This document shows, piece by piece, positions 47,464 through 60,460 of a stretch of 64,000 nucleotides of DNA. The notes below the pieces were generated by a model. The model searched no databases. It was not told the DNA's origin and worked only from the letters and a program-made list of their open reading frames with translations. The DNA lies in the NCBI GenBank assembly GCA_964016885.1, contig OZ024741.1, positions 284,270,001 to 284,334,000 on the forward strand. Reading direction: 5' to 3'. Origin of the DNA: Eledone cirrhosa. Its lineage: Eukaryota. The position numbers and the translations under genes were made by a program. Each line of letters opens with the position of its first letter. The stretch's first letter is position 1.

Positions 47464-49192
47464 GTCTGGAAACTGTTCTCCTATGCTTCGAGCTGCTCCA
47501 GTAAACCTATAAGAGGTAGACCCCCCCCCCCACCATAACCACAATGGCTAAAAAGACTCCCATGGGAAGATGGAATGGATGGGCTAAAGCCATCCGGACA
47601 CCCAAAAACAATGATCAGGTGAGATAATGATCGCACATGCAATAGGGGCTAGTATTAAAACTACCCTAAAGGGCCATATGTTTAAATTTAACGAAAAGAT
47701 TTACACCCAGAATGAGGGAGCAGCCATTGGCGTCAACATAGCTGGTGATGTTGCCAATCTATTTATGGGATGGTGGGAGAGGAGACACAGAGAACTCCTT
47801 GAAGAGAGCTCCATAGACCTCGTCATGTACTCTCGTTACGTAGACGATATTAATATAGTAATAAGAACAACCCCACAAGAGAGTACTAACAAGTATGATT
47901 TAGAAAATATCACAATGGAGAGCATCCAGCAGATGGCTAACTCCATACACCAGAGTATAACTGTAACTGTTGACTACCCTTCCAAACACCCTAACAGTAG
48001 ACTACCTGTATTAGACACGGAACTCTGGATTAACACTATTGACGAGAGGGCCCAAATTCTCCACTCACAATATACTAAACCCATGGCGTCCAAATACCTG
48101 ATACTCAAAACCTCAGCAATGACCAATAGTGCTAAGTTTAATATTCTGATCGCAGACTTGGTACGAGTGATGAAGAATGTGTCCCGCACATGCAACCAAA
48201 CTGAAATGGAAAGACACATCCAACACTTCATCAACCGCATGCAGTTCTCTGGCTACAACCAAAGAGACAGAATCAGAGTATACAAAGGAGCCACGTAGAA
48301 GTATAAGACCCTCATAGAAATGGACATGAAAGGAATTTGCCTATTATACAGGAGCAAATGATGGAATAACTTAGGACTAAACATAAGATAGGGAAAGCCA
48401 CTTCATGGTACGACAACCAGAGATACCAGAGTGTCATATTCGTGGATGCTACCCCTGGAGAGAAATTAGCTAACCAATGTAGAAAGGCCCTAAGAAAGAC
48501 CCATTTAAAGATTAAAGTGGTAGAAAAGCCAGGAACTACCATAAAATCCCTGATCAGCAAAACAACCCTTTAAGAAAACCCACTGTACAAATAAGAAATG
48601 TTATATGTACCTTGTGCCAATAGTAGAAACAGTTATATGTAAAATGAACCCCCAGATAAACTGTAAAACTAGAAATGTAGTCTATAGCATAAGATGTACA
48701 GAGGGCACGTGCAGAAACATGACAACGACATACATAGGTGAGACAGCTCGAAGCAAAGGAGAAAGAATAGACCAACACGGGGGGGGGGGGGGACTAAAGG
48801 GACAAAAAACGGTTCAGTACTATATGAACACGCCAGACAAAGACATGACGGTAATATAGACAACATAGAAATTAAAATAATATCTAACCATAGAAATGAC
48901 TCAACAGGTAGGCAAATTAGAGAAGCAGAGCTAAGAAGACCAAAGTTAAACAGAAACAATGAATGGAATAACAACAACCATTCCCAAACAAACAATACTG
49001 ACTTAAGGGAAATATAAATAAATATATACACAAGTACAATAACAACAAACACATATAAACACACACTAATGAACAAAGATAGAAAACTAAAACACATACA
49101 CTCAAACGCGAACACACACACCAAACATTTCACACACGCACCAAACATTATATACACACACGCAAACGCATGCGCAGAGATAGAGACAGGAA

Positions 49193-49247
<55 letters not shown>

Positions 49248-49600
49248 AATAAAAATGGTGTAGACATTACAATACAATAGGAGGGAACATAATAGTACCA
49301 CTGATGATGTTGCAGATGTGCAACAAAAGAACTTTGATAGACTATATATATATATATATTTATCTTAAATTTTGGATATAGATATATATTTATATCTGTA
49401 TTTTTAACCGTTGGTCAATCAATGATAAACATTGATTGCCAAATAAATTAACTATGGAGATATAAAAAAGATACAGAAGCGAAAACCAACCAAACAGTGA
49501 ATGTGTTCTGTTATTATTTCTGGCAATATTATTACCCTCTCCAAGTATAACAATATTTGTTTCGACACACGATTTCATATCAAAAGCCTTGCAAAACAAA
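47464..49600 (+). mobile_element. Penelope family 2 relative, RT + GIY-YIG + 3' tail, decayed
   Basis: ORF 47627-48298 (YTQNEGAAIG, YSRYVDD) and GIY-YIG 48605-48960; degenerate hammerhead at 49296-49339; tail similar to 40090-40160. Confidence 0.9.
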
Positions 49601-49689
49601 TATATACACCAAGGCGCATTTTTGCATGTACAGCCCAATGTGTATCTTTATATGCTTTTCTTACATGTATTTTTGCATATTTTTTTATG

Positions 49690-50290
49690 TGTGTGTAGAT
49701 GTGTGTATATACATATATATACATATGTGTAAGAATATATGTGCAAGTCTGTGTGTGTGTATGCACACGTGTAGGGGAAATAATATATAAAGGTATATAT
49801 GTGTATTTATATATGTGTGTATATGTGTGTAGACGTATGTGTGTATACGTGTGTGTGGGCGTGTGGGTAGGTGTGTATATATATATATATGTATGTGTAT
49901 GTGTGTATATATGCATATATATGTGCATATGTGTGTTGTATGTATGTGTATGTATGTATATATATCTGCGTGCATTTTTATGTATATGTACGAATGCGTA
50001 CGTGTGTGTGTGCATGTATATATACGGGTGCGTGTATGTGTGTGTGTCTGGGTATATGCGTGCGTATATACACGCGCGCGCGCGTGTGTGTGCATGTATA
50101 TATACGGGTGCGTGTGTCTAGGTATATGCGTGCGTATATACACGCGCGCGCGCGTATGTGTGCCTCTCTGAGTGCATGTATGCGTATATTTGTGTGACTA
50201 TTTATGTGTGTGTACACGTATGCTTCTGGGCGTGCGTGTGTGAACGCAAGCACACAGGCTACTCTGTGTGTGTGTGTGTGTGTGTGCGAG
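49690..50290. repeat. Mixed (TG)/(TA)/(CG) low-complexity tract with an internal ~70 bp duplication
   Basis: Direct reading. Confidence 0.9.
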
Positions 50291-50650
50291 TGGGAGTGTG
50301 AGCTGACAAACAGCAGTAATTTTGCCGACGGGACAGTGGGTGAGTGACAACTCACGCCCTGACGGTCAGCGGGCTGCTACCAGTGGTCAGAATAATGATG
50401 ACGTCACTAACCAGTGTCCAACCCAAGAACGCGCAAAGCGGATGAAGGTGGACGTTACAGACCTGTAGGGTCAGAAACCCCAGAAAGAGGATATGATCCG
50501 AAATCAATAGACGTGTCCGAGGAACCTGCGAGTCTAGAGTCAGGTCGATCCACACACAGATCGCACCTCGAACTGTTCGCCGGGGAAACAATTGTAACAC
50601 ACAATAAATTGAGTTGCATCACTGATTATTCGTTTTCCATTCTCCCTCTT

Positions 50651-50728
<78 letters not shown>

Positions 50729-50734
<6 letters not shown>

Positions 50735-51518
50735 AATATGGGGAGAAGAATACTGCATGGTTGCACATGGATTACATATTATAAAATTAGTCGCTCATCA
50801 GTGATTTGCCAACGATCATTGGTATTTCATCGCATTCAAAATCATATACCTCACGTTGGTGCAAGCAATAACTAAAATAAGTTATTGGGACAAGTGAAAC
50901 GCGTAAAGCGAGTGAGACAAGTAAACAACACGAAGGGAAGGCTAACCGAAGATGGGAAGAAAAACAAGCAACATGGTTATTCGATCAGTATAAACTGGGT
51001 GAATTCATGAGCGTGTAGGAAACAGACCTTTCGCTGTGAGTGAGATGTGAGAAAGAAGGAAAATCTGACTCCTAGCGAACGGGAGGAAGTAAGAAGGGTA
51101 GAAACAGAGAGTGAGCGAGTGGAAGTGCGAGGAAGAGGTCAGTTGAGAGAAAGTGTTAACTGACAGAGGGGACGAAAGAAAGTAAGAGAAACAGAGAGAA
51201 CGGGGGAGCAGTAAGAGAGAAAGAGAGAAATAGAGAATCGCAGTTTAGGTAAATATATGAAAAATATGGGGAGAAGAATACTGCATGGTTGCACATGGAT
51301 TACATATTATAAAATTAGTCGCTCATCAGTGATTTGCCAACGATCATTGGTATTTCATCGCATTAAAAATCATATACCTCACGTTGGTGCGAGCAATAAC
51401 TAAAATAAGTTATTGGGACAAGTGAAACGCGTAAAGCGAGTGAGACAAGTAAACAACACGAAGGGAAGGCTAACCGAAGATGGGAAGAAAAACAAGCAAC
51501 ATGGTTATTCGATCAGTA
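50729..51518. repeat. Non-coding partial-tandem element (528 bp unit + ~260 bp)
   Basis: gaaaaatatggggagaag.. at 50731 and 51259, near-identical; homologous to 34116-34714. Confidence 0.92.
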
Positions 51519-51723
51519 TATATATATAAAACAATAAAACCTTAAAAGAATATCCACCAGTCCGATTTCCTGCTTTTTTAATCAAACAATTCTTGTACTA
51601 GCCACCGGATTTAACATCAACAATGGATGAGTTACATAATGTAGAGTGTTTTCCTGCTATTAAATTATGGTTAATTAAACAAAATGACCAGTTCTATCTA
51701 GTGGTGAGCCACTAAACATAAAT

Positions 51724-51764
<41 letters not shown>

Positions 51765-52155
51765 AAAGTTCTATTTAAATTGTTGGGATACAACAAGCAA
51801 ATATTTTTATAACTGATATAAAGCACTCAACAAATATTTGGGGTAAAAATACGATATTAACAAATGGAAACTATATTTATAAAACCATATTTATTTCATT
51901 ATACATATTTCAATATTTAAATTACTTATAGAAAATAATAACTGTGAACTAAATAGAAAAAGAAAACAAATTATACAATTTTTTAATTACCTTAATCTAA
52001 AAGTAGAAATAGAGAATAACCATAAAATAGTCAATTTTCTAGATGTAACACTAAATCTTAACACATGTCTTCATTATCCATTTCACAAACTAAATGAGAA
52101 TTTAAATTACGTCAATTTTAACTCTAATCACCCCAGATCCGTTAAAAATACTATA

Positions 52156-53079
52156 GTGAACTCTGTACAAGAACGAATTTCGAGAATTTCAGCTAATAAG
52201 AATATATTTGATGAAAAAGCACATTATTACAACGAAGCGTTAGGTAGAGCTGGGTATAGAAATAAAATTAAATACATCGATAATAATAATAATATAACAA
52301 CTAACCATAATCGTAACAATTTTAACTATGGTAACAATTTTAACAACTATAATAGAAAACCTTACATTAATTCCGAAAGCCGAAAAAGAAATAGAACTAG
52401 GAACATATTATTGTTCGCCCCTCCTTTCTCATTACATATTAAAACCCCTATTGCTAAACTATTTTTTAAAGCTCTTGACAAATGCTTCCCTAGAACACAT
52501 AGATATTACTCAATTTTTAATAGACATACTATAAAATTAACTTATTCTTCCACCAAAAATTTAGCGCAAAATATTAATAGAATTAATAATAGAAATTTAA
52601 AACCTAACCAAAATACCAATAATAACCCAAGCAATATTCAATCTGATAAATGTAACTGTAGAAATAAATCTAACTGTCCGTTAAATAACAATTGCTTAGC
52701 TAAAAATGTAGTATATAATTGTAATGTAAAAACTAATTTAAATTCATTTAATTATGTGGGATCTACTTCCACAGAGTTTAAATCCCGCTTCAATAATCAT
52801 AAAAATTCTTTTACAGATCCAAACACAAAATCTTCAACTTCTCTATCTAGCCTATTATGGGACCTAAAACTAAAGAACGTTGAATATTCGTTGATTAGGA
52901 ATATTATTTCAAAAGCTACTCCTTTTAACTCCTCTTCAGAAAATTGCGATCTTTGTATAGAGGAAATATTCTTTATATTAAAGACCAAACATTCCCCGAA
53001 CTTAAGGAATAATTTATTCAGTTGCTGCAGACATAGATTAAACTCAACGTTTAAATATAAATATAAATTTAAAATGTAG
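52156..53079 (+). CDS. Penelope RT C-terminus/linker + GIY-YIG endonuclease (5'-truncated)
   Basis: CNCRNKSNCPLNNNCLAKNVVYNC..YVGST.T.FKSRFNNH..C.LC.EE...N.R.....CRH. Confidence 0.88.
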   Translation: MNSVQERISRISANKNIFDEKAHYYNEALGRAGYRNKIKYIDNNNNITTNHNRNNFNYGNNFNNYNRKPYINSESRKRNRTRNILLFAPPFSLHIKTPIAKLFFKALDKCFPRTHRYYSIFNRHTIKLTYSSTKNLAQNINRINNRNLKPNQNTNNNPSNIQSDKCNCRNKSNCPLNNNCLAKNVVYNCNVKTNLNSFNYVGSTSTEFKSRFNNHKNSFTDPNTKSSTSLSSLLWDLKLKNVEYSLIRNIISKATPFNSSSENCDLCIEEIFFILKTKHSPNLRNNLFSCCRHRLNSTFKYKYKFKM

Positions 53080-54212
53080 TATATAATTAATTAATTAATT
53101 TTATTAATTTTATTGATATATTGAACCTGTCGATAAATCATTAGATTCCTTCATCTTTTTTGACTGATTATACACTCAAGTAAAAATAACTTTTCTTCAT
53201 AAATATAAATAAATATAAATATAATAAACTATTCTAGAGAAATATATTGAGAGCTCTTGGAAGGAGAAAATATTTCTTATTTCTTATTTTTTTTTATTGT
53301 TTTTTTTTTATTGTTCTGATGGCTTCTCCTATTTTCGAAAGTTTATCCTTTCAAAATTTTGAGTTAAGTATACGTAAAATAAATTTCTATACTAACTCTA
53401 TTAAACATACTATTATTTTGAAATTATAACTTAAAATATTCTATAATATTTTAAAATTGTATTGCTTTTAAAGTTATATTGCTTATAATTATATTTCCAA
53501 ATTGTAATATAATTCTTTTGTATTTTATGTACTCAATTATACTATGTACTGTATTTATATATACTTCTCTCTATATGTGAGTATATATGTATATGTGTGT
53601 ATTGACATACATGTACATATGTTTTATGCGTTTTTATGAATGTATGTCTGTCTGTATGTATATGTATACGTGATGCGTATTTACCTATTGGCCGAGGGTA
53701 CACGCACACATATGTATATATATATGTGAGAATTGTGTATGTACATGTGCGTGTATATCCATACAATTTGATTGCACTTATGTATAGTGATTATCCCAAG
53801 ATTCGTGACAGATAGACATATAATAACAGCCATAAATACATAACAGGTAATCTTATAAAACTTATATAAACACATTTTGTTTAATAACATAAAGTTTCCT
53901 TTAATATCTTAACAATTATAACATTTTTAAGATTCCTATATCTTAAATTAAATTAAAGAATCCTTTATGCTTTGTGTGTATATGTTATATACGTAGTTAG
54001 ATATGTTATGTATTTTATAAGTGTGTATATATATTTATATGTATTTTTTGCGTGTGTATACGTGTTATATGATATGTAGTTCTCTAGTAATATATGGATT
54101 TCTTAATGTATAGATCCCAATTTTTAATATATTGATCTCAATTTTTAAATTATTAACTAAACATCCAATCATATTTAAAGAATGGTTAATTTCTCATATT
54201 ATAGTATATTCC

Positions 54213-54399
54213 TGGTGGATTGGCAGTATCGGTAGAGAGTCGGACGCCATGCTTTCCAGCATAGTTACGTCCCTTTACGATCTGAGTTCAAATCCCGCCG
54301 AGGTTGACTTTGCCTTTCATCCTTACGGGGTCGATAAAATAAAGTACCAGTAATGCACTGGGTAATTGCTGGCCTTGTGCTTAACGTAGAAACAATTAT
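54213..54399 (+). mobile_element. tRNA-derived SINE nested in the Penelope 3' region
   Basis: Full family match; gtatattcc on both flanks. Confidence 0.9.
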
Positions 54400-54781
54400 A
54401 TATGTATATTCCATTCATGATTATTTATATTTCTAATTTTATTTATTCATTTCATCTCAATTGTTAAGTTAACTTAACAAGATATGACTTAGAGTTTTTC
54501 GTTCGTTCTCTCCCCTTCGCTCTGTCTCCTTTCTCTCTATATATCTTTCTCACTCTGTTGTTTTGGTCTCTCTCTCTCTCTTTTCTCTCTCTCTCTCTTT
54601 TTCTCTCTCTCCTTCTTTATATTTTTCTTTCTCTGTAACCCAACGGCTTATTTAAAAAATAAAAATATCCAATACTAATAATAATATAATTAAACAACTC
54701 CACTATCCGGGAGCTTCCAACAGTAATGGTTGCATTTTTTAAGGGTATGTCAATATTTATTTATAAAACTGATCTATATTA

Positions 54782-54846
54782 TATTTTATCCGATGAAAGC
54801 ACACCATAATTTAACTTGGTGTCCTTGAAATATGTATAATGAAATA
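54782..54846 (+). ncRNA. Type I hammerhead motif with CCGAUGA core
   Basis: tattttat-CCGATGA-aagcacacca...tggtgtcctt-GAAA-tatgta-TA-atgaaata; homolog of 34995-35060. Confidence 0.75.
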
Positions 54847-54887
54847 AATATGGTTTTATAAATATAGTTTCCATTTGTTTAATATCG

Positions 54888-54961
<74 letters not shown>

Positions 54962-55011
54962 CGATATTAAACAAATGGAAACTATATTTATAAAACCATA
55001 TTTATTTCATT

Positions 55012-55061
<50 letters not shown>

Positions 55062-55062
<1 letters not shown>

Positions 55063-56000
55063 AGGTACACTCAAGAGGTTTTGAGATTTTTTTATCAGAG
55101 AGATATTTATCTTATTCGGATAATACAAAACACCAGTCTCCATCAAAGTAGGATCTTCCAACTTCAATACACTTGTAGCACTCCAGCCACTTCTGGACGG
55201 CCCCCTTGTAGTCTTCCAAAGTGAAGGTGTCCAGGGTGCTTGTCACAGCTTCCTTCATCTCCTCCACAGCCTCAATGCAGTTACCCATGAGGTTCTCCTT
55301 CAGTTTCGTGAACATCTAGAAGTCACATGGCGATAAGACTGGACTATAGGGATGATGAGGGACAATCTTGATCCCCATATTGACCAAGTAGTTGGTCACC
55401 ATGATGGTTTTGTGGCAAGGGACATTGTCCTGGTCCAGGTGCCACTGACCAGACTTGCGACAAAATCTCTTTCTGAACTGCCTCAAAACCTCTACATAGT
55501 AATCTTTGTTGACTGTCTGGCCATGAAGGACCCTGTGGATGTAGATGATGCCCTTGTCAAAGACTGAGATCATCATGAGCTTCCCAGTGGATCTGCTTTG
55601 CCTGGAATTCTAGAGTGTTGTGGAGTCAGAATGTTTCCATTGGATACTCTGTCTCTTTGTCTCTGTATCATAACAGTAGTCCCAGCTCTCGCCACAGGTT
55701 ACCAGTGACTCAAGGACACTTGGATTTAAAGCAATACCATCGACCATCTCCCTGCTGTCTGCAATGTGCCTCTGCCCTTGATCTTCATTGAGCATCCTGG
55801 AAACAAACTTTGCACATGTTGTGCATGTTTAGATTGTAACGAATCAGCCTGTCCACTTCAGATTGTATCAGAAGAGATGCACAACGGACCTCATACAGAA
55901 ATTTGCGAATTTTGTTGACAAACTTTAGCGTCCTGATGTCATTCTCCATGTCACACCTCTTGTCGTCCCTCACCTGCTCCCTGCCCTCCTGGAGCCTCTT
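55062..56000 (-). mobile_element. Decayed mariner transposon
   Basis: VTCGESW..YD.ETKRQS.QW, WHL.QDN.P.H, HHPYSP.L.PCDF*.F.KLK and G.YF.G across several frames. Confidence 0.88.
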
Positions 56001-56759
56001 GTATGTATGTATGTATGTATGTATGTATGTATGTATGTATGTATGTATGTATGTATGTATGAGTATGTATGTATGTATGTATGTATGTATGTATGTATGT
56101 ATGTATGTATGATATAACACCTGCAACCCTGATGGTATCCAATGATGTTGACTTGTTCTTCTTTTTGGTAAATATCATCTTGGTTAAGAGAGTGGGACTG
56201 GCTTTGTGCAGTGCCTTTGCTCACTATAAAAGTTTCACGGCACAGGCATTGCTTTATATCTAGAGATCTCTCTGCACTTGTCGTCACATGGTACCATGGG
56301 CCCAGCACTATGTGTCACTAATTGTCACAAGTGTAGTGTTTGTACGGAGTTTTCAAGTCGCTGGCTGGACTAAAAAGTCACACTCGTTCAGCGCATCGGT
56401 AGGGGTTCTCCTACATGAATATATAAAGTAGTGGCCGTACTCGAAAACGAATTGGCAGCCACCATGTATGTATGTATGTATGTATGTATGTATGTATGTA
56501 TGTATGTATGTATGTATGTATGTATGTATGTATGTATGTATGTATGTTCTTCTGGTTTTATAATTTCATAAATGTTTGCCAATAGAGAGAGAGTCGGTTT
56601 CTAACATAGAATTTACACAACATAAACTAGGTTGATATGTATGCATGTCTGCATGCATGCATGTGTGTGCAGTTATGGATGTTATTGTATGTGTGGATGT
56701 ATATGTTTTGAGTTGTATGTGTGCATGTGCATATGCTTTGTATCTGTACAATATGTAGT

Positions 56760-57640
56760 TATTAGATGCAGAATTTTTGGAATATTTTAAAAACATTTAT
56801 ATATGAACATTTATCTTGGCCAAACACTATTCATATATCCTTTGAGAATGTTGTAACCAGGTCAAAAATGTTCTTCATCGCATCTATGTTCTTGGCATAC
56901 AGTTTCAGATCATCCACAAAGAAATTATGGGTTAGGTTTGTATTTCTGTCCTGTGAGCCAATGATGTATCCTTCACATTTCTTGAGCAGAAAGGACAACG
57001 GGTTTAATTACAGGATAAATAGTATCACAGAGAGACTGTCTCCTTGAAATATACCCCTGTGATATTCTATTTCATCAGTGAAAATAGAGTCCTCCTTCAC
57101 TGTTTTTAACTTGAGGATAGTAGCCCAAGAAGAAGACAGTTTCTCTATGGCTCTGATAATAATGTCTGGGACTTTAGCAAGTCGGAGGGCCTCTATCATC
57201 CAAGAGTGGGGAACAGAATAAAAAGCTTCCCTGTAGTTCAGCCAGACTGTTGCCATATTCCTCCTAAGTTGTCGCATCTCCGACATCGCAGTTTTGTTGA
57301 TTAGGAGTTGTTCCGCACACCCCCAAACACCTTTCTTTCCAGCTGCCTGTTCATCTGTGATGATGTTATTATTTTCGTAGTGATCTTGGAGAAATAGGTT
57401 CAGGCAGGCTGTATACATCTTATACATCAGGTTCTGCATGCAATGGGTTGGGTCAGTAGTGTTTTGCATCTAAGGAGCATTGTCACATATCCTATAGATT
57501 TTCAGCAATCTTTTTTCCTTTTTTAGTTATATATGATGATATTTTTGTGGTGTTTTGTTCTTGTTAATATCTCTGCTATCACCCAGATAATGCTTCACTA
57601 TCGTTGCTAGGGCGTTGATTTTCCAAAATGTTGGGGTTTT
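56760..57640 (-). mobile_element. Older R4-like LINE family, RT fragment
   Basis: EQAAGKKGVWGCAEQLLINK, YREAFYSVPHSW, RGIFQGDSLS, THNFFVDDLKLY. Confidence 0.85.
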
Positions 57641-57966
57641 AATGAGTGGCGTAACTAGCTTTTAAAGCCAGGGGCGGGGGGATTCGATCTAAAGGGGGCC
57701 CACCAATTCCATACGGCTGCAAGGAAATATGTTCATACACGCATATAGAATAGATAATAATTTATAATAGAGTAGACAGCATCATAGATTACAGAGTTAG
57801 CATGTTCCGTGAAAACTTTATTAACTGCGAAGACGGTGGTCTATTTTCAGAAAAAAAACATCCAATAAAACTAGTTTTGCAATCGATTATCCACCACCAA
57901 AAATTCGTATGTAGAATAAATCGTCCATCTAAAACTTTACTTTCACATTCGAGCACATCACTTGTT

Positions 57967-59442
57967 CTACAGTTCTAATTTGCGATGTTTTACTTTAGAA
58001 AATTTTTCAATCACGATGCTGAAGTCAATTTTTTCAGCCAGTTCTCGCTCTATGTACATCATTGCCAGAGCATTCAACCGCTCTTCACTCATGGTACTAC
58101 GCAAATAATTCTTTATCAATTTGAGCCTGCTGAAGGTTCGCTCAGCCTGCGCCGAGCTAACCGGAATAGTTATGAACATTTTGTAAAAGGCAAACACGTT
58201 CGGATAGGCTCTATCTAAGTCATTAGAAATCATAAACGGAACGATCTCAGAACTCGATATAGCAAGCTTGATGTTAAGAAAACATACAGGCTCTCCAATA
58301 TACCAACAAATAATTTACCATCCACTGACGATTGGCTAGCATCGATTAACACCAGATTCAGGTTATGAGCGCAACAATGGACGTAAACAGCTTTCGAAGA
58401 GCATCCCTCTTTAACTCTAGCCTGAAGCCCAGAAATATGGCCGGACATATTCGACGCTCCGTCGTAAGCTTGTCCCCTAATATATAAAGATCCTGGAAAA
58501 GAACTTTCACAAGCGTATCGTAAAATAATTCAGTAGCTGCTGATTCTAGTTCACAAAACGACAGGAAATGCTCCTGTGCGTGGCCACTTTTCGATACATA
58601 TCGCAGTGACACAGAGCATTGATCCTGATGCGAAATGTCTATTGGGGAATCGACGATGACTGAATAGTATTTTGCCGCTTTCACTTCCGTGATTATTTGT
58701 TGAGTACATTCGTATGCCAGGCATTCTATGAATTCGTTTTGTAACTTTGGACTTAAGTACATAGGCTGTCTTTTAGTGCGCCCAGTCGAGAATAAATGGC
58801 TTTCCAAGATCGTATCATACTTGGCCATCAATTTCAACAATTCAATAAAGTTTCCTTCATTTTCTGATTTGGCGCCAAGTCCAGAATATTCCCTGTGACC
58901 TCTGAAGGCCAGGCCTTGTTTTGCGAGAAATAACGTACAATCAAGCAATTTCGTTCAATTCGCTTCTTCTCTTCATGGATGAGGTTATCGATCACTGTTT
59001 TATCTGCGTCCAAACGATATTTTGTCATGAAGTATTGCTTTTGTGTATTGATGTGAATGGCACTTTTCTCATGCTTGGCAATTTTTTCGATTCCCTTTTT
59101 GAAGTTTGCCATCCCACACTCTGGATTACCCCAAGGCTTCGAGTAAGATTCGGCATTTTTATCAGCAAACAGCCAACAACAAAAGCAATATAGTCTGTTG
59201 GATTCAGGAGAGTATACTAACCAGTGTCGGTCAACTTTATGGATTCCAGCACACTTTCTCTTGTACCAACTGATGTTGAATTTTCTGTGGTTCGAGTCGA
59301 GAGGGAAATCAGCAAAATTATCTTTCAATCCTGGCTGACAAGAACCAACGGCCATGAGGGCACGAATTAGAGGTGTCGTCAATGGTCTGTCCTCGAAAAA
59401 CAAAACATAGAGCAAAAGTCCAGGAAATGTCGCAAATACCAA
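57967..59442 (-). pseudogene. hAT transposase: TTF-type zinc finger, DUF4371 region, dimerisation domain; frameshifted
   Basis: WLVYS.....YCFCC.LF..HEKS.IH; LAKQGLAFRGH..GNF.ELL; YS..VD...DISH.DQ; YDGA.NMSG; YVHC.AHNLNL; IPVSSA.AERTFS.LK.IKNYLRSTM.EERL. Confidence 0.92.
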
Positions 59443-59718
59443 ATTGTTCTAAAATGTGACTAATGATAAAAAGTAACAACATAAATAAAAATATTATATA
59501 TATTTTTTCTATATATACACACAATATATAGATATATATATTTGTGTGTATATACTCATGCATAATTATACTTTTAATTAAATATTAGGTTAAAAACCTG
59601 AGTATCGAGAATAACATAAGCATGTATTACAACATTTCAAACAAATAGAATAATATAGAATTTAGATATCAAATCATTTATTTATATTTACATATCAAAG
59701 AATATAATAATCGGTTTT

Positions 59719-59915
59719 TAATGAGATCCCTGAGATTGATGTAAGGCTACTAATTTGTCAATGTTTGGTGTGAAAGCCGTTAGAGAGAGTCGTAAATCAC
59801 CTCTTCTTTCTATATCAAGGCGATTTTAATTTTTTGAAAGCAGATGCACCACCTGACTGAAACCTGACTCAACTAAATAAGATGTGGGGAAAGCAAGTAA
59901 AAAAAATTTAGCGTT
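59719..59915 (-). pseudogene. C-terminal fragment of a second, Buster/SCAND3-like hAT transposase
   Basis: Manual translation FLLAFPTSYLVESGFSQV..LLSK (frameshift) RLDI.RRGDLRLSLT...PNI.KL...HQ.QGSH*. Confidence 0.75.
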
Positions 59916-60259
59916 TTTATTCGACGGAATATTGTCTACACTTTTTTTTAGATGCAGTTGCCATTTTATCCGGAATATTATATTTTTTAAATAAACAAGA
60001 GATTGGTCTTAACTTCTAGTCTTATTAAGCGTTTTCTTTACGTTGTTGTAGTTAAGGATTCGTAATTACATGTGTAATAAGTTATGTGTTTAGAATTATA
60101 GCCTAGGGGGCCCACCTAGACCGACAGGAAAGCCAGGGGGTGGGGGGCCGTGGTCGCAATTTTAATAAAGAAAATTATGTTATAAGGACGATTCGTGTAT
60201 AGAATATATTTTTGGCTGGCATTGTTGGTTCTCGCCCATCATGTTTCCTCTTCGTTTAA

Positions 60260-60460
60260 GGGCGGTGAATTGGCAGTATCGGTAGAGGGTCGGACGCCAT
60301 GCTTTGACTAATATAGTTACGGCCCTTGCCATTCTGAGTTCAAATCCCGCCGAGGTTAACTTTGCCTTTCATCCTTACGGGGTCGATAAAATAAAGTACC
60401 AGTAATACACTGCGTGATTGCTGGCCTTGTGCCAAAAGTAGAAACAATTATTATTATTAT
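60260..60460 (+). mobile_element. Full-length tRNA-derived SINE with (TTA)n tail
   Basis: A box tggcagtatcgg, B box gagttcaaatcc, central gcctttcatcctt.cggggtcgataaaataaagtacc domain, tail gctggccttgtgccaaaagtagaaacaa(tta)n. Confidence 0.92.

Larger units (their letters stand above)
51762..54892 (+). mobile_element. Penelope-like element (family 1) with short inverted 3'-end copy at its 5' side
   Basis: ORF 52156-53079 with GIY-YIG; 51848-51913 is the reverse complement of ~54826-54890; hammerhead near the 3' end. Confidence 0.9.
57646..60155 (-). mobile_element. hAT DNA transposon (ZMYM1-like/DUF4371 transposase), decayed
   Basis: Terminal agtggcgtaactag at 57646, gggggccc subterminal motifs at both ends, and internal transposase pieces. 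The second TIR was not found. Confidence 0.8.

Noticed and set aside
50820-50915. GAAACGCGTA hammerhead-like 3' half on the plus strand
   Set aside because: No matching CUGANGA-type core upstream, and the motif is not conserved in the homolog at 34.28 kb.
57967-59442. Host ZMYM1-like gene
   Set aside because: Multiple frameshifts, an internal deletion and transposon-type ends indicate a decayed hAT transposase.
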